A stretch of 63,865 nt of DNA, counting the filler, from Asterionella formosa (Eukaryota), in NCBI GenBank assembly GCA_002256025.1. It is 16 parts of 16 records of this genome, joined end to end, with 100 filler letters (N's around TTAATTAATTAA, not from the genome) between each part and the next. Parts side by side here need not be neighbours in the genome. Positions count along the whole stretch, not along the records: positions 49,687 to 51,014 come from NKIB01002964.1; positions 51,115 to 52,442 come from NKIB01002965.1; positions 52,543 to 53,870 come from NKIB01002966.1; positions 53,971 to 55,298 come from NKIB01002967.1; positions 55,399 to 56,725 come from NKIB01002969.1; positions 56,826 to 58,153 come from NKIB01002970.1; positions 58,254 to 59,580 come from NKIB01002971.1; positions 59,681 to 61,007 come from NKIB01002972.1; 8 more parts are not named here. One strand, given 5' to 3'. Positions 49,687 through 62,534 of this stretch are shown piece by piece (positions within the stretch are counted from its first letter, which is position 1; each line of letters opens with the position of its first letter). The notes beneath the pieces were generated by a model. The model was not told the DNA's origin. It did no database searches and saw nothing but the letters and a program-made list of their open reading frames with translations. Both the position numbers and the translations under genes were made by a program.

Positions 49687-50185
49687 ATTTTTTGAAAGTG
49701 TATCACCAGTCGCATAATTAAACACTGCCAAAGCATAGAATTGCAACAAAGTATAGTCTCTGGGCATATTATCTAGTGTCGACTGCTGCAACCATGACAT
49801 TGCCAATTGTTGTGAGGAGCCAATAGTTGAATGTGCTGTTCCATTATCAGATGAATATTCAGCCAAGAAATCAAACAATGGCGATAATGTAGGAGATAAT
49901 GTAGGAGATGGCGGTTTGAGATTCCATATGACAATAGCAATGATGGCACCTACGATGCCAATCATCACAAATGTTGCCAAGACTTTCCACCCTTGACGCC
50001 GACAATAGGCTTTTTCAGCTGCTTCATGATCAAAAATGGAGGCACTTGGAATCTCAGAATCGTCCACAAGAACAGCTTTGAATAGTGATTCAGGTTCCAC
50101 CTGCTCAAGTTCATCCTGAACGTTGTTAGTGTTAGTGGGAGCACTATATAGTGAAAGTGGTATTTGATCTGGCTGCATCATGCTC
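49687..50185 (-). pseudogene. N-terminal fragment of a diatom-type single-pass membrane (LRR receptor-like) protein
   Basis: An acidic N-tail, a TM helix (VLATFVMIGIVGAIIAIVIW), an SPT stalk, then SSQQLAMSWL...LLQFYALAVFNY. This cap motif usually precedes LRRs in diatom proteins. Confidence 0.6.
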
Positions 50186-50600
50186 ATCAACATTGCCTTG
50201 TTGCTTTGCTTCAACTGACTCTTTTTTGAATGATTCTAAAAACTTTTGTTTTTCTTGATGGTAGATTTGAGGTAGAACTTCTGATGCCTGCTCTGCACCA
50301 AATAAAATGAAATCATGAAACTTTCGAATATTTGAAAATGAGCATATTTTCCCATTTGATTTTCGCTTCGCAGAGCTAAGAAATGCTTTGATGGGAGTGA
50401 CATTGATCCCATTGTACTTTAAGTCTTCTGTGTTTGTGCATTGGAAATGTGTTGGAAAAAATTTGGGTTTCTTGCATGCTCTTGAGAAATTGAAATAACT
50501 CCACCAGCTGCAGTATACTGAGGGTATTGCTCTTTCAACCATTGAATTATTATCTTCAATCTGTTGTGGTGTTCCTCTTTTGTTTTCAGCTTTCACCTGT
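50170..50600 (-). mobile_element. N-terminal fragment of a CryptonS-like tyrosine recombinase
   Basis: LKYNGINV..IKAFLS...SFSNIRKFHDFILFGA...FLESFKKE...AKQQGNVDE resembles, from recollection, the core-binding region of stramenopile Crypton recombinases. The catalytic part is absent. Confidence 0.5.
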
Positions 50601-51114
50601 TATCTTCTGTCTCTTGAATTTGACCCAAGTGCTCATCATGGACATCAATATTGCCTCCAATTACTACAACAGGTTCATCTGTCCCTTTAGAACAAAATGT
50701 AGGATGTCTACGGCCTCCAGGCATTCTTGTTGTCAAAAGCACAAGTTGTTGTGAAGAATAAGTTGTTGTGGTATGGTGATTGTGACTTACCTATTCGTAT
50801 GAGAGATGAAGGAGTCAGAACAATCATTTACAGTGGTAACTATAGTGCATAACACCCGTACATGCCTCTACCTCCTGCACGGTACCCTGGTACCAGGTAC
50901 CGGAGTACAGGTATGTTACATGGAAACCAGGTACCTGGTACCAGGGTTTAGGGGAGTTGGCACTGATACATTTGTACCTATACCAGCATACCGGTACCCT
51001 GGTACCTGGTACTANNNNNNNNNNNNNNNNNNNNNNNNNNNNNNNNNNNNNNNNNNNNTTAATTAATTAANNNNNNNNNNNNNNNNNNNNNNNNNNNNNN
51101 NNNNNNNNNNNNNN

Positions 51115-51379
51115 CTCCGTCAACACCAATTGAATTACTATGGAGATCAAGACTAGTCAATCCAGTATTGACCTTGAGAGCCTCTGCAATGGCCTTGGCT
51201 CCGTCAACACCAATTGAATTACTATGGAGATCAAGACTAGTCAATCCAGTATTGACCTTGAGAGCCTCTGCAATGGACTTGGCTCCGTCATCACCAAAAC
51301 TATAGAGAGAAAGGTAAGTCAAACTTGGATCATTCGCTTTCAACCGTTTGACACCTGCTTCCCAGCTAGGCATTGTCAA
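51115..51379 (-). CDS. RNI-like (NLRC3-type, 28-aa) leucine-rich repeat protein, 5' part only
   Basis: RLKANDPSLTYLSL is followed by repeats of GAKAIAEALKVNTGLTSLDLHSNSIGVD and runs into the contig end. Confidence 0.85.
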
Positions 51380-51603
51380 TATAGTCTTGGATGTAATGGA
51401 AGTTGTTTATTGTGATTGACGAGCGACTTCTTTTTTGGTTCTTGTTCGAGTGAAAAGTGTTTTTTGTTTTCTTTGTTGACACTCCTTTTCTCGTGCTGCC
51501 AAAATAGTGTCTCGACAACTTGTCGTAGAATTCTACGCAACTCATTCGTCAGGCATGACATATATACCTTCATCGTCGTCAATTCTGATTGATTACAAAC
51601 TTA

Positions 51604-52030
51604 AGGTTGCTGCATTTGAACCCCTAGCTCGAGGTAGGGTTAAAAAAATAATATTCAGTCAGACTAATCAAACACGTACTTTTCAAGTATAAATAGACAT
51701 GTATAACGCTCATCGAAGCTTTCACCAATACACACCTTTTCCATATGATTACATACAGTCTTCGGACAAAGTACGGGTGTTGGTCCACTCTATATATCGT
51801 CAGTATGTAGGATCTGGTGAGAAACTGCAGAATGGAACTTCGGTTTTTTAACTACCGGTATGCTAAAAAGACTCGAAAATTCGGGGGATATCTGTTTATT
51901 TGGCATAGTAAAAAACCGAAGTTCCTTTCTGCAGTTTCTCGCCAGAAGTTATATAAAGATGCTATTAGAAAGTTACCTATGTATCTAAATTGCCGTCAGA
52001 CCCAGCCAATGTTTAGCTATCGTCGTCCCA
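51604..52030 (+). mobile_element. Left part of a second copy of the AGGTTGCTGC MITE
   Basis: Aligns with 24536-24960 and is preceded by TA. Confidence 0.88.
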
Positions 52031-53200
52031 AAAAAAGATGAGTTGCATTTCAGTTTTACCGGACACTTCGACATTTATGTAGGTCAGATATGAATATGCT
52101 AAATACGATAATTCTACACACGAGTGTCCCACAAGACGGAATCCAGAATCCATTCGTATGCCATCCTTTGTTGAAAGGTCTCGTACTCCTTCCCGTCTGA
52201 CGGGTTCCTCTTACGTAGAACTTACCTACTATACCACTAGTATTGTTATCTTCTTTCTGCTGCTAGCCTTCGTGCTAGTTTTCGCTATTGACCTTACTCT
52301 GTCAATTCTCACTGTTTCTTAATTATAAGATTAAACTAAAACTAAGTTTCAATCCCATTCATCACACTTTGAGAACCTGTTCTTCGTGTTCCCTTTTCGT
52401 TGATGTAAACCTTCTTCTGATTGATCTAAGACATCAATCTCGNNNNNNNNNNNNNNNNNNNNNNNNNNNNNNNNNNNNNNNNNNNNTTAATTAATTAANN
52501 NNNNNNNNNNNNNNNNNNNNNNNNNNNNNNNNNNNNNNNNNNGTACGGAACGAAACATTTAATATTGAATTTGAAATGCTAAACTAAATATCTATTCGAA
52601 TTAGTGTGTGTTATCGACTGCAAATCTTCGGAGTGCTATTGGGCATGAATTGATGGAGAAAATCGAAGCGATGTGGTTGTCGGCAAGTGGGTGCATGATG
52701 TTAAATTCCTTACACCAGTAGCAGTACACGTTTGTACACGCTGTATGCTATAGTCTTTCTTTTAGACAAGTTAAATGTAGACAGCAACGTTTTGCTTCTT
52801 TATTTTATTGTGAGCTTATAAAACTAGAAATCGATTTACAATCGATTCAACTCCACTTATTTCAGATCAGTTGGATCTTGGATCTTTTGTCCAAACTTTC
52901 ATACAGATAACCAAGTAATGATAATGATCTGTTCCTGATCATTCAATCATTCTTTTAATTCATAACACATATAGAATATTGTTTTACTTACATTGTCGGC
53001 AGCTCCAATGGCGACGACATGCCTGTGAATAGTTCATTACATAGAACATTTAACTTTCCAAATATTCCATCCCATCTTATTATTTGTATGTTCGTCTTCA
53101 TTAACATTAGTTCAAATATTTCTCACCGGAAACAGTTTCTCTGTATAATATTGACGACATGTACATTGATGGAATGCTGTTAACCCTAACTGAAATCATC

Positions 53201-53870
53201 CTAGATTTTGTCACTCTCCTCATTCCAGCAATCCATTGTCCCATTGAGCATTTTATGTGCATGAGAATCATGGATTTTCTGAGTTACGTTCTTTGACAGA
53301 AGGTCTGCAGGGTTTTTCAATGTATTCACATATTGAACAAGGATATTACCATTTTCAACTTTCTCCCTGATAAAATGGTACCTGACATCAATATGTTTGG
53401 TTCTTGCACCAACTTGTTTATTTCTTGAGAGAAAAATCGCTCCAGTATTATCCTCCAAAATTATGCTTGGCAAGACAACGTGATCGATCTCATTCAATAA
53501 GTTGGATGTAAAAGTTGTTTCTTTAGATCCATCGCTGAGACCCACGTATTCAGCTTCAGTGCTCGAAACAGTAACGATGTTCTGCCCTTTTGAAATCCAA
53601 TTGATCAATGCAGTTCCACCGATTGTACCCAAGTAGGCACTAGTGCTCTTTCGTGTGTCCTTATTGTCGCCAAATGACGTGTCAACAATATCCTGTGGAC
53701 GTAACTCAATTGGAGTTCTCAATTTTAATTTCCTGTTTGTGACATCCGCACGTAGATATCCCAAAAGACGTTCTACTGCCATCCAGTGTGACTTGTTGGG
53801 ACTCTCCAAATTTTGAGACAATTCTCTGCATGCATTTGCACAAACCGGAGAGACTTTCTTGACAAAGTAG
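53201..53870 (-). mobile_element. Copia pol C-terminus (RT end + RNase H)
   Basis: Motifs HWMAVERLLGYL, DTRKSTS, INWISKGQ..VTVSSTEAEY, EDN, RTKHIDVRYHFIRE and NPADLLSK. A purine tract GAGGAGAG lies at the ORF end. Confidence 0.92.
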
Positions 53871-53970
53871 NNNNNNNNNNNNNNNNNNNNNNNNNNNNNN
53901 NNNNNNNNNNNNNNTTAATTAATTAANNNNNNNNNNNNNNNNNNNNNNNNNNNNNNNNNNNNNNNNNNNN

Positions 53971-54257
53971 AACGTTTTCGTTTTGGCTTGGTTTACGAGT
54001 CCGAAGGCGATTCCGGTGCAGCTCATGATGAGCAACTGGTACGCCTTGTCGTTGGCCTCGTAGATAGCCCTGACTCCTTTGTCTGTCTCGACTTCGTACT
54101 CTTCGTCAGAACACGGGTTGTGGTTCTTGGAGTACATCGTTCGGAATCCTCTTGCCTTCGCCAGAGCGAGCGTTTTAACGCTCCACTGGTACCAGTTCGT
54201 TTCGTTGCCATCAAACTTGATGAGCCTCATGCTCTCTTCAGACATTTCTGTAGACAT
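53971..54257 (-). mobile_element. Copia gag N-terminus
   Basis: IKFDGNETNWYQWSVK...NDKAYQLLIMSC starts about 30 nt after the LTR. Confidence 0.8.
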
Positions 54258-54286
54258 GTTAAAACACTTAAGTCCGTTTATAAACG

Positions 54287-54707
54287 TGTTAAAGTATTAC
54301 CTTTTGTATAGATCTATATCGTTAGACAAAGAAGACTATAGATAGAGACGTTCGTTTCTCTTTCCGTTTCTATATTCTTATTGTGAGTTTACTAATCTAG
54401 TTTAGGTTGTTCTGTTTGAACAAAACAAACGAACTATTCTCCAAATGCTGTTTGCATTTCTAGGAACATACAATCATAGATAGACCCATGTCTATCTCAC
54501 ACTTACTGATCATAGGTATTTAACCATGATCATTCATTTCAAACTATCGGTCTTCCGAAATAGCTTATGTTGTCCGGCTCATTATAGTCGGAGTAGCAAA
54601 GTATAATGTGTGGTTGATGAGAGCTTGGTACATCAAAGTGGACTCATTCGAATCGTTTGACTCGTTTGACTCCGAGTCCTAACTACGTAGATGAGCTCAC
54701 TTTAACA
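54287..54707 (-). mobile_element. 5' LTR (421 bp) of a Copia element
   Basis: Termini TGTTAAAGT...ACTTTAACA form a 9-bp inverted repeat. It is adjacent to gag and homologous to 23946-24535 and 37289-37491. Confidence 0.9.
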
Positions 54708-55949
54708 CAATGCTGCTCCGGAATCACAGGCAATAAATTAGCGAAAGGAAGGGCATTAAATTGCGGAAGCCGACAACCGGTATGTTGCATCTCCGGAAGT
54801 AGTCTACTGATTTTCCAGAATATGCTCATTCCAGTTGTAGCCAATATGCAATGAGGTACAGCTATCTCTCGCTGGTCTCTGCCAAGACTCGACGACAAGT
54901 GATGATATGAAACATTCCCTCGTTTGGGACAATGATGTATAAGAAAAGTGTTTGCTGGTCAGTATTTGATTGTTGCTCTTTTCTCTAGATATCTCAAGCC
55001 GACTACCAGGGTAGCTGGTACTCAGGATGGGAACAACGGTACGTTTTTCATTACCCTATATTCCGGTTGATTACCGTAGACCAATTGCTTATAGCAAGCA
55101 TTGTGCACATTGGCACACATAATGTACGCATCTGGCTAGAAATGTATATATATTTGTGATATACATAGGGAAATTCCCAACTAATGCCTAAATTCACCAC
55201 TAGTTAATTATAAGGACTCCTCTCTCAATAAACCTCATTTCTATTTGCCAGCAGCTTTGTCTGCTCTTGCCTTCGCTAGCATTTCTTGATATCTAGATNN
55301 NNNNNNNNNNNNNNNNNNNNNNNNNNNNNNNNNNNNNNNNNNTTAATTAATTAANNNNNNNNNNNNNNNNNNNNNNNNNNNNNNNNNNNNNNNNNNNNAT
55401 GAGTTACTTGTCAAATCTTGTGCTTCTTTCATCTTTTTAATGTTCAGTATGTACTGAACCTGTAGGGTGGGATGGAAACAGTCTGTGGATCTGATTTGGA
55501 TGCTTGGATATTGTCAATAGCCTTACTCAATCTACTGATGCTGTTTGGTGGATCTCAGTCATTTTGGTGTCTCTCTATGTGTTACTTGTCAAAGCTTGTG
55601 CTTCTTCCATCTGCTTGTAGCATGTTGTATACTTTGTACCCGCTATGGCGCTGAAACGGACTCATTTGATGGTGTAGCTGTAAATATACGTCGCCCTCCA
55701 TGGTGAGGGAGGCTGCTTACCAGTTACTTGAATTTCTTTAAATTTTGTAGATAGAAAACTATAGATTCTACTATGTTACACAGAATTATGTTCAAAAAAT
55801 ATAATATACCGGTAATACACATTAATGGTCCATATTATTTTTGATATTTGTTGTCACATCATGTTCAATGCATTGTTCTTGGTTTCAAAAAACGCAGTCA
55901 TTATTCATTGAACAGTGGATAATGACAAATATTTAACACACTGACAGAG

Positions 55950-56172
55950 ATCAAACAAAAGACCTCAAAAGAACGCGAAGTTTGCAAAAGACCACATAAG
56001 TTTGCAAAAGACCGCAAAACACTGCAAAAGAACAGGAAAACACGGATATACAATGTTTTTCTGCTGAATTTTGCAGTCTTTTGCAAACTTTGCTTTCTTT
56101 TGCATTCTTTTTTGCTCTTTTGCTCTTTTGCAAACATTTGCGAACTTTGCGTTCTTTTGTGCTCTTTTGTGA
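55950..56172. repeat. Fold-back region built from TGCAAAAG/CTTTTGCA motifs
   Basis: CAAAAGAACGCGAAGTTTGCAAA (~55966) pairs with TTTGCGAACTTTGCGTTCTTTTG (~56137). The left arm is A-rich and the right arm T-rich. Confidence 0.7.
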
Positions 56173-56542
56173 AAATGCAATGCAAGGTCGATTTTAGATA
56201 AAACATTGTTCGAGCATTGCCACCGCATCAACCAAATACCAAGCCAATTGAAGTTGCGGGTCGTGATGCGTTGTGTTGGTCGAAAAAGCAAAAATATTTT
56301 AGCCACCGCATCGACCAAGACCAAATATGCTTTGGTCTTGATCGAGGATGACCCCCTTATCGACCAAATATCAGGTGTTTGGTTGATTGGACTCCGACCG
56401 TAGCCAAATAAAAGGAGTATTTCTATTGGTTTAGATTGTGGCTAGCGCCGGCAACATAACGTCAACAACTGTTTAATTGATCCACAAACGCTTACAATAC
56501 ACATTTACCTTACTCTCTTGATGTAGACAAATAATGAACTTA

Positions 56543-56725
56543 AGGTTGCTGCATTTGAACCCCTAGGCAAAAATTAAAATATTGCTTAGGGTTGCGAAAA
56601 TTCCCTGGAATTAAGAATTTAATTAGCTATTTTTGAATGACGTGATTCCATTTGAAATATTTGAATCAGTGGAAATTTGCGAATACGTACATAGATTCCT
56701 TGTCAAAATCGCTAAATATATATAT
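56543..56725 (-). mobile_element. Right end of a third copy of the AGGTTGCTGC MITE
   Basis: Reverse complement of ~25583-25764, preceded by TA. Confidence 0.88.
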
Positions 56726-58557
56726 NNNNNNNNNNNNNNNNNNNNNNNNNNNNNNNNNNNNNNNNNNNNTTAATTAATTAANNNNNNNNNNNNNNNNNNN
56801 NNNNNNNNNNNNNNNNNNNNNNNNNACTCTCTTGGGTATACAAATTTGCTGGTGCGACCTTCTTTGTTCCATGTACCATGTTATATCAAGGAGTTGCATA
56901 CATGAGGAGCACTTTGCAAACCATGCAACTCACACAGCACATACACAACTACTAACAATTGGCCAACTTAAGAAAATATGATTGATACATCATACATATA
57001 TATGGTATAATAAATTATTCAATGATGAGACAATCATGCATCAGACAACTCGACAAATGTGGAAGAGGCAAGTAGCTTGTGCATTGGAGCTCCTGGCATG
57101 ATTATAGTAGAAAACATTGAGGCATGGATGGGGAATTTGTCACATTAAAAGCAGCAAAAATGGTTTGAGTATCAATTCTACTTCCATCCAGAGAGCAGAT
57201 GATTGAATGCTGCTTACTCTGGGAAAATGAGCTTATGAAGAGCGTATTCATTCCTGAGACGTGTCCATGGAAAATTCATGCTCTCCTCATTAAACATCAA
57301 TGGATGGAAAGACAGACGGATCGAATTTGTGCTGAACTCGTCAAAGTGTTTTAGACCACCATGATGATAACAAGCGAGGAGGTAAAGGAATATTTCCGTG
57401 AAAGCATGATGGATGTAGCGAAGGAAACTTCTCTTACCCAATTAACCTCATGACAAGGCAACTAGCAGAAGATACCGGTATATGCGGCCTTTGCCCCTTT
57501 GCCTACTAGTACTAGTACTAGGACTGCCTCTTCTACTCAATCTTAGAATAAGGAACAATTTGGGGTCTAGCAGTAGGATAATGAGTCTTGGTGGTAAAGG
57601 CGAATTTGCTATGAATTTCCTCCTGCACCACAGTGACTCATGTCCATAGACTACTAGATGTTTGCTGGTTGGTGGCTGGGTGGGTGTGGTTTAATTAGCT
57701 CACGAAAAAGGCTGTTTCAGATCGAACAACACAGCATTGTCTTTCCATGGTTGAGTGAGCTTGCTTTCGAAGTCAGCACTGCTCCAACTGGTCTTTTGCT
57801 TTGCTCAGTTATGGTTTCAATCTCAGCGGATTCGAACAAAACAATAGTGAGTTTATTCTTTTCAATTGCCGGGGTATAATTTTAATATTGGGTATGAGAA
57901 TGGGATTGATCCGTCGCTCACATCCCAGCCTGCAGAAGGCACGACTATTGCACTTCTACGATATACCGGTAACATACTATCATCATGTTATTTTGAGGAT
58001 ACGCACGGCGCAAGGTTATATATAAATGTGAATGCAATATCAAAAGATGAAATGCAAAATTATGACTACGTGATATATTATTCTACTGTAGGTAGGTAGG
58101 ACAGACGGTTCAGCTGTAAACCACACTGACACCCCCCCTCGCTCAAAGGGCAGNNNNNNNNNNNNNNNNNNNNNNNNNNNNNNNNNNNNNNNNNNNNTTA
58201 ATTAATTAANNNNNNNNNNNNNNNNNNNNNNNNNNNNNNNNNNNNNNNNNNNNTAAAAGTGTGAAAGTTATTGAAATACAACTCCTAATTCTTTGCAAAA
58301 ACGTTTGTCCGTTGCTTGTTGTATGCTTATTCCGGTACGCATAATTGCAAAACTCTGCATGCAATCATCGTCATACTGTACAATTCCCCCAGGGTACCTG
58401 GTCCCTGGTAAGCTGCATGGGCGAGTTTTCCTACCATTCCAGGTTCTAACCACGGTACCAGGTACCAGGTACCGGTGTTGCTTCTCATTTACCGGTATGC
58501 TGTATGAGGTAATCCCACAGCCCCACGGAACCAGCCATGCCTGTGCCCTATTGTGTG

Positions 58558-58728
58558 TGTTGAGAGGGAGAAACGCTTGCAACGGATGCCAGCGGCAGCT
58601 ACATTAACAAGGAACTGAGATTCTAAAGTAGTATTTAACTAGCTGTAGAGGGACCAGTACTCACGGGAATTAAGCACTTACAGGAATCTTGGTAGGATAT
58701 ACGGAGTAACCGGTATATGGTACCAACA
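58558..58728 (-). mobile_element. Probable 3' LTR (~171 bp) of a Copia element
   Basis: On the minus strand the polypurine tract GAGGGGGG is followed by TGTTGG...CAACA, directly after the RNase H stop. Confidence 0.7.
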
Positions 58729-58734
58729 CCCCCC

Positions 58735-59580
58735 TCAAGTGAGAAAATTCCCATGAGACGGGACAATAATATTGCGGAGGCGGAGAAAATGGGCATCATC
58801 TTTATGTTCTTTGGTGAACAGATCAGCAACATTGGTATCCCCTGGGAGGTGGGTGACAAAGATTTCGGAAAAACGGTGAGCGTCGCGCACAGCCATGTTG
58901 CGGATATTAATATGCCGCATCTTTTTGTTAGCACAGTTGTGGGACCAGTCCACAGCACCTCGGTTGTCATTCCAAAGAGGGGTGGGGAGAGTTACATCAG
59001 GCATGTGGAGGTCACTAAGGATATGGCGGATGAATTGGGTAACCTTGGTGCCCTCATCTGCAGATTTGATTTCAGATTCGCAGGTACTGCGGCTCACACG
59101 AGGTTCACGAATGACATGCCAGGCAATGGGGCCACCTGTACGTGTACTGATGGAACCAAGAAGGGAGCAACACTCGGCAAGAGAGATGATGTCGGTGGGG
59201 TTGGGTTTGGAAGCATCTTGGGGGCCCCAGTTGGCATCGGTGTAAGTGGTGAGAGTGGGAGTGTCCTTGGGCCAGCCAAAGGTGGTGGAGAGGTATGAGG
59301 AAGCAAATTGCGAGGTAAAGGCAATGCCATGATCGGCAGAGCCAGCCAGGTATCGTAACACATACTTGGCACCTAAAAGGTGAGCAGGGGTGGCATAGGA
59401 GTTGTGCTGAGCCAGGAGAGTGAGGGCCACAGAGACATCAGGACGTGTGCTGACAGCCAGCCAATTGAGAGCCCCAATGAGTGACTGGTATTGTGTAATA
59501 ATGGCCGCGCGAGCTTTGGGGGAAAGTTCAGCACCATCAGGCACAATGCGGTCATAGACCAGGCCAGAGCGATAAGGGGT
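58735..59580 (-). mobile_element. Copia pol C-terminus (RT end + RNase H)
   Basis: Motifs YQSLIGALNWLAVSTRPD, AKYVLRYL, YTDANWG, SRSTCESE, WNDN, MRHI and NVADLFTK. Confidence 0.92.
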
Positions 59581-61107
59581 NNNNNNNNNNNNNNNNNNNN
59601 NNNNNNNNNNNNNNNNNNNNNNNNTTAATTAATTAANNNNNNNNNNNNNNNNNNNNNNNNNNNNNNNNNNNNNNNNNNNNCATGTTCAGTGTCAAGATAT
59701 GCACATGCATTCAATGTGATAAGAATATGGTGTCCATAGTGGAGTAATATACTTTAATATTATATTATATAGTAAATCGTTTTCTCTGTGTTTGGCGGCA
59801 CATGCTTATGTCAGCATGTGTTTATATATTGATTACTGTATAAAATCATGAGTATTAGTTGTAATCAATTACGAGAGATTTGAACATCTTTATTTGATAC
59901 TCAGCTTCCTCACTAAATATAATTTTTTTTAAAGATTTGAAAGGTAGTGTTTAAGCATTTTTCAGAATGGCAACCTTCAGAAAATAGATGCCAATCCCCA
60001 CATTCTGATTAATTCAGACAAAGAAATGCCTCAAACATCAAAATGTGTTGAGTATGATGTTTCAATCATTGTTCAACGTGTTCTGACTATTTAAAAAACA
60101 TCAGTGCTGACTTTGTCCACACATGCATGAATTTTCCCTTGCTTCATAAAAATGCAGAAATCTCATGCACAGAAGATGCACCTGTTCGTCATGATGGAAT
60201 TTATGCATCTGAAACATGCATAGCCCATGATACTATGCATAGCCCAAAATAGGTGCAGGATTCAAGGAATGAGATAAATCTTGATGAGATCATGGCAGAA
60301 TGACAACAGAAGGAGTTCTCAGTAATAACAATCACTGAGAACAAGAAGATATATGATGGGGTTCAATGTGGCAGATGGGTTCTTCAAAAGCTGAACCACA
60401 GAGGAGCTAGAAGATATGCACAAGAGAAAGGAGGAAACCAAGGAGAAAGCAAAGCAAACAAGCAACCATTTAAAAACACAGTAACATCAACAATGTTCAA
60501 GATAGCTATCAGAGGGCTCCACAGACAGGCAAAAAATGAACCATTGCACAAACAAAAGCAATGGCGTAGTGTTTGAATAGATTGGCAATGACATTGTGGT
60601 TGCTGCCCTTCTTACTTACAGGTACCAAGAAACTGTGGCAAATGGCGATGTACTTGTCCCATCAGTTGCTGGAGCAACGCCCCCTCCATCACTGGCAGCG
60701 TAGTGTGGACAATGGGAGGAGCTGATAATGGAGGAGGCAGTGGTGGAATAAAACCAGAATTAGCAAGATCAGAAGATGTTCCGAGAAATTGAAGAAATAG
60801 TGGAAACTAGGTGGGTTTTTGCTTGTAACTGGTGCTGTTTAACATTAAAAAGTAGTATTTATACAGAATAAAAAATTACTGCTAGAACGGAAGACTCATG
60901 ATATCTATCAAAGTGATGTGACCAATAAATGCCTAGCTCAAGTAAGGGCTTATTTAGTGTCCTTTTTTGATATTCCTAAATTAGTCCAAAATCGGGAATA
61001 TAGAGGTNNNNNNNNNNNNNNNNNNNNNNNNNNNNNNNNNNNNNNNNNNNNTTAATTAATTAANNNNNNNNNNNNNNNNNNNNNNNNNNNNNNNNNNNNN
61101 NNNNNNN

Positions 61108-62434
61108 GCTCAATGCTTCCTTAAGATATTCCTTCATAGTAATGACAGCTGTGCCCTTGCCTGTGTAATGTATATGCATGCCCAGGAAAATGTGCTCTGT
61201 TCCTCTGGTGACAGTCATTTTATCAAAGCGCTCCTCGATTTTTTCGATAATTGATGTTACGACGTCCGGGTCCACATGCGAAATCTTGTTGTCGTCTACA
61301 TACCACGCAATCGTGCACTGCTTCCCGTTGATTGTGCAGTTAGCAATGCAAGAGTCGTAAGGGTTTAACACAAAACCCATCTCTTTTAGGGTGTTGTGGA
61401 ATAAATCATACCATAGTAGGGCAGATTTGACGCACCCATAAATCGCTTTCACTAGCCTGACGTACAACACTTTGTTTCCTTTCTCGTTGGACACAAAATT
61501 CGTGTGCTCTGGATTCATGTTGCATAATATATCGACTGATTCACCAGTGAATTTCATAACAACGAAATCATCCATATCTGCTTTCAAATACGCACCCGCC
61601 ACATCTGCTGTGGCGACATCTCTTCCTTCATGTGCATCAATCATGATGGACAACATGAGTGCATCGGTGGATACTGTTGGAGATGCCGTCTGCGACTTGT
61701 CATAAAGTGATCGCTGCGGTCTCCCGTCGGCTACTGTACGCCCCTTGAGGCGCCCGTCTCTCTTCTCTTTGATGAGATTGATGGCTCGGAGCGCTCCCGT
61801 CCTCTGTTCCCTGGTAAGGGAGTTCGCGCTTACGGGTTCGTACACATCCAGCTCCTCTAGTTGTGCAAATTCTCTCATCAGGGCGGCCTCCGCCGCTTTC
61901 CCGTGTTTCTTTATTCCCGCCTTCGCGGTCATCTGGTTCATTACATACCCAAAAATATGTTTACTTGTGTTGTCGTCTGCGTATGGCATCGTTGTTCGAA
62001 ATCCGCGTTGTACGAACTGTCTTGGTGGAAAGTATGACTTGTTGCTATGCGGTGCATCAATGGCCTGCTTGAACTGTTCACTTGTGGCTACCCGGCGTTG
62101 TCGGGGATTATGTGGTCTGTGTTCCCCTGCCAACGCTCCTTGATCTGCCACCTCGTAGTCGTTGTCAGAACCCGCTTCTTGATTGGCTTCTTCAATGGTC
62201 GCTGTCTCTTCCATAGACGCTCCTTGTTCCAAGTGCGCTCCTTGGTTTTCGTTGTTGTGTTCATGTTGTATGTAGTCATCGTAGACAAGCGTGACGTCAT
62301 CAACGTCGATCGTGTTTGGGTCTCCTGGGTCCGGGTCGACTGGATTTGGCTCGACTAGCGGTGCATCGTCCAAAACCGTAGGGTGTGGCCCATCATGGAG
62401 CAGATCGGCAACTTCGTGATCATCGATGGCATCA
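61108..62434 (-). mobile_element. Copia (CoDi-type) pol fragment with an uninterrupted RT
   Basis: Motifs AGIKKHG, IKEKRDGRLKGRTVADG, ASPTV, ADVAGAYL, KAIYGCVKSALLWY, NPYDSC and WYVDD. The frame stays open through the contig. Confidence 0.93.
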
Positions 62435-62534
62435 NNNNNNNNNNNNNNNNNNNNNNNNNNNNNNNNNNNNNNNNNNNNTTAATTAATTAANNNNNNNNNN
62501 NNNNNNNNNNNNNNNNNNNNNNNNNNNNNNNNNN

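Noticed and set aside
52040..52442. Possible further Copia LTR and leader
   Set aside because: The composition is LTR-like, but there is no second copy or adjacent gag in the window to confirm it.
52543..54707. RNase H, gag and LTR appearing to form one Copia element
   Set aside because: A linker at 53871-53970 separates them, and the sequence after the RNase H stop does not match the 54287-54707 LTR.
58120..58153. Polypurine tract plus TGTCA on the minus strand, a possible 3' LTR start
   Set aside because: Only a few bases remain before the contig end, and no matching LTR end or pol sequence could be confirmed.
58717..59298. 193-aa plus-strand ORF
   Set aside because: It is an antisense shadow of the Copia RNase H frame. 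The many short ORFs opposite the kinase, PGAM and helicase genes were dismissed for the same reason.
43865..62534. Regularly spaced TTAATTAATTAA motifs about every 1.43 kb
   Set aside because: They are artificial linkers embedded in N runs. The regular spacing reflects similarly sized contigs being concatenated, not biology.
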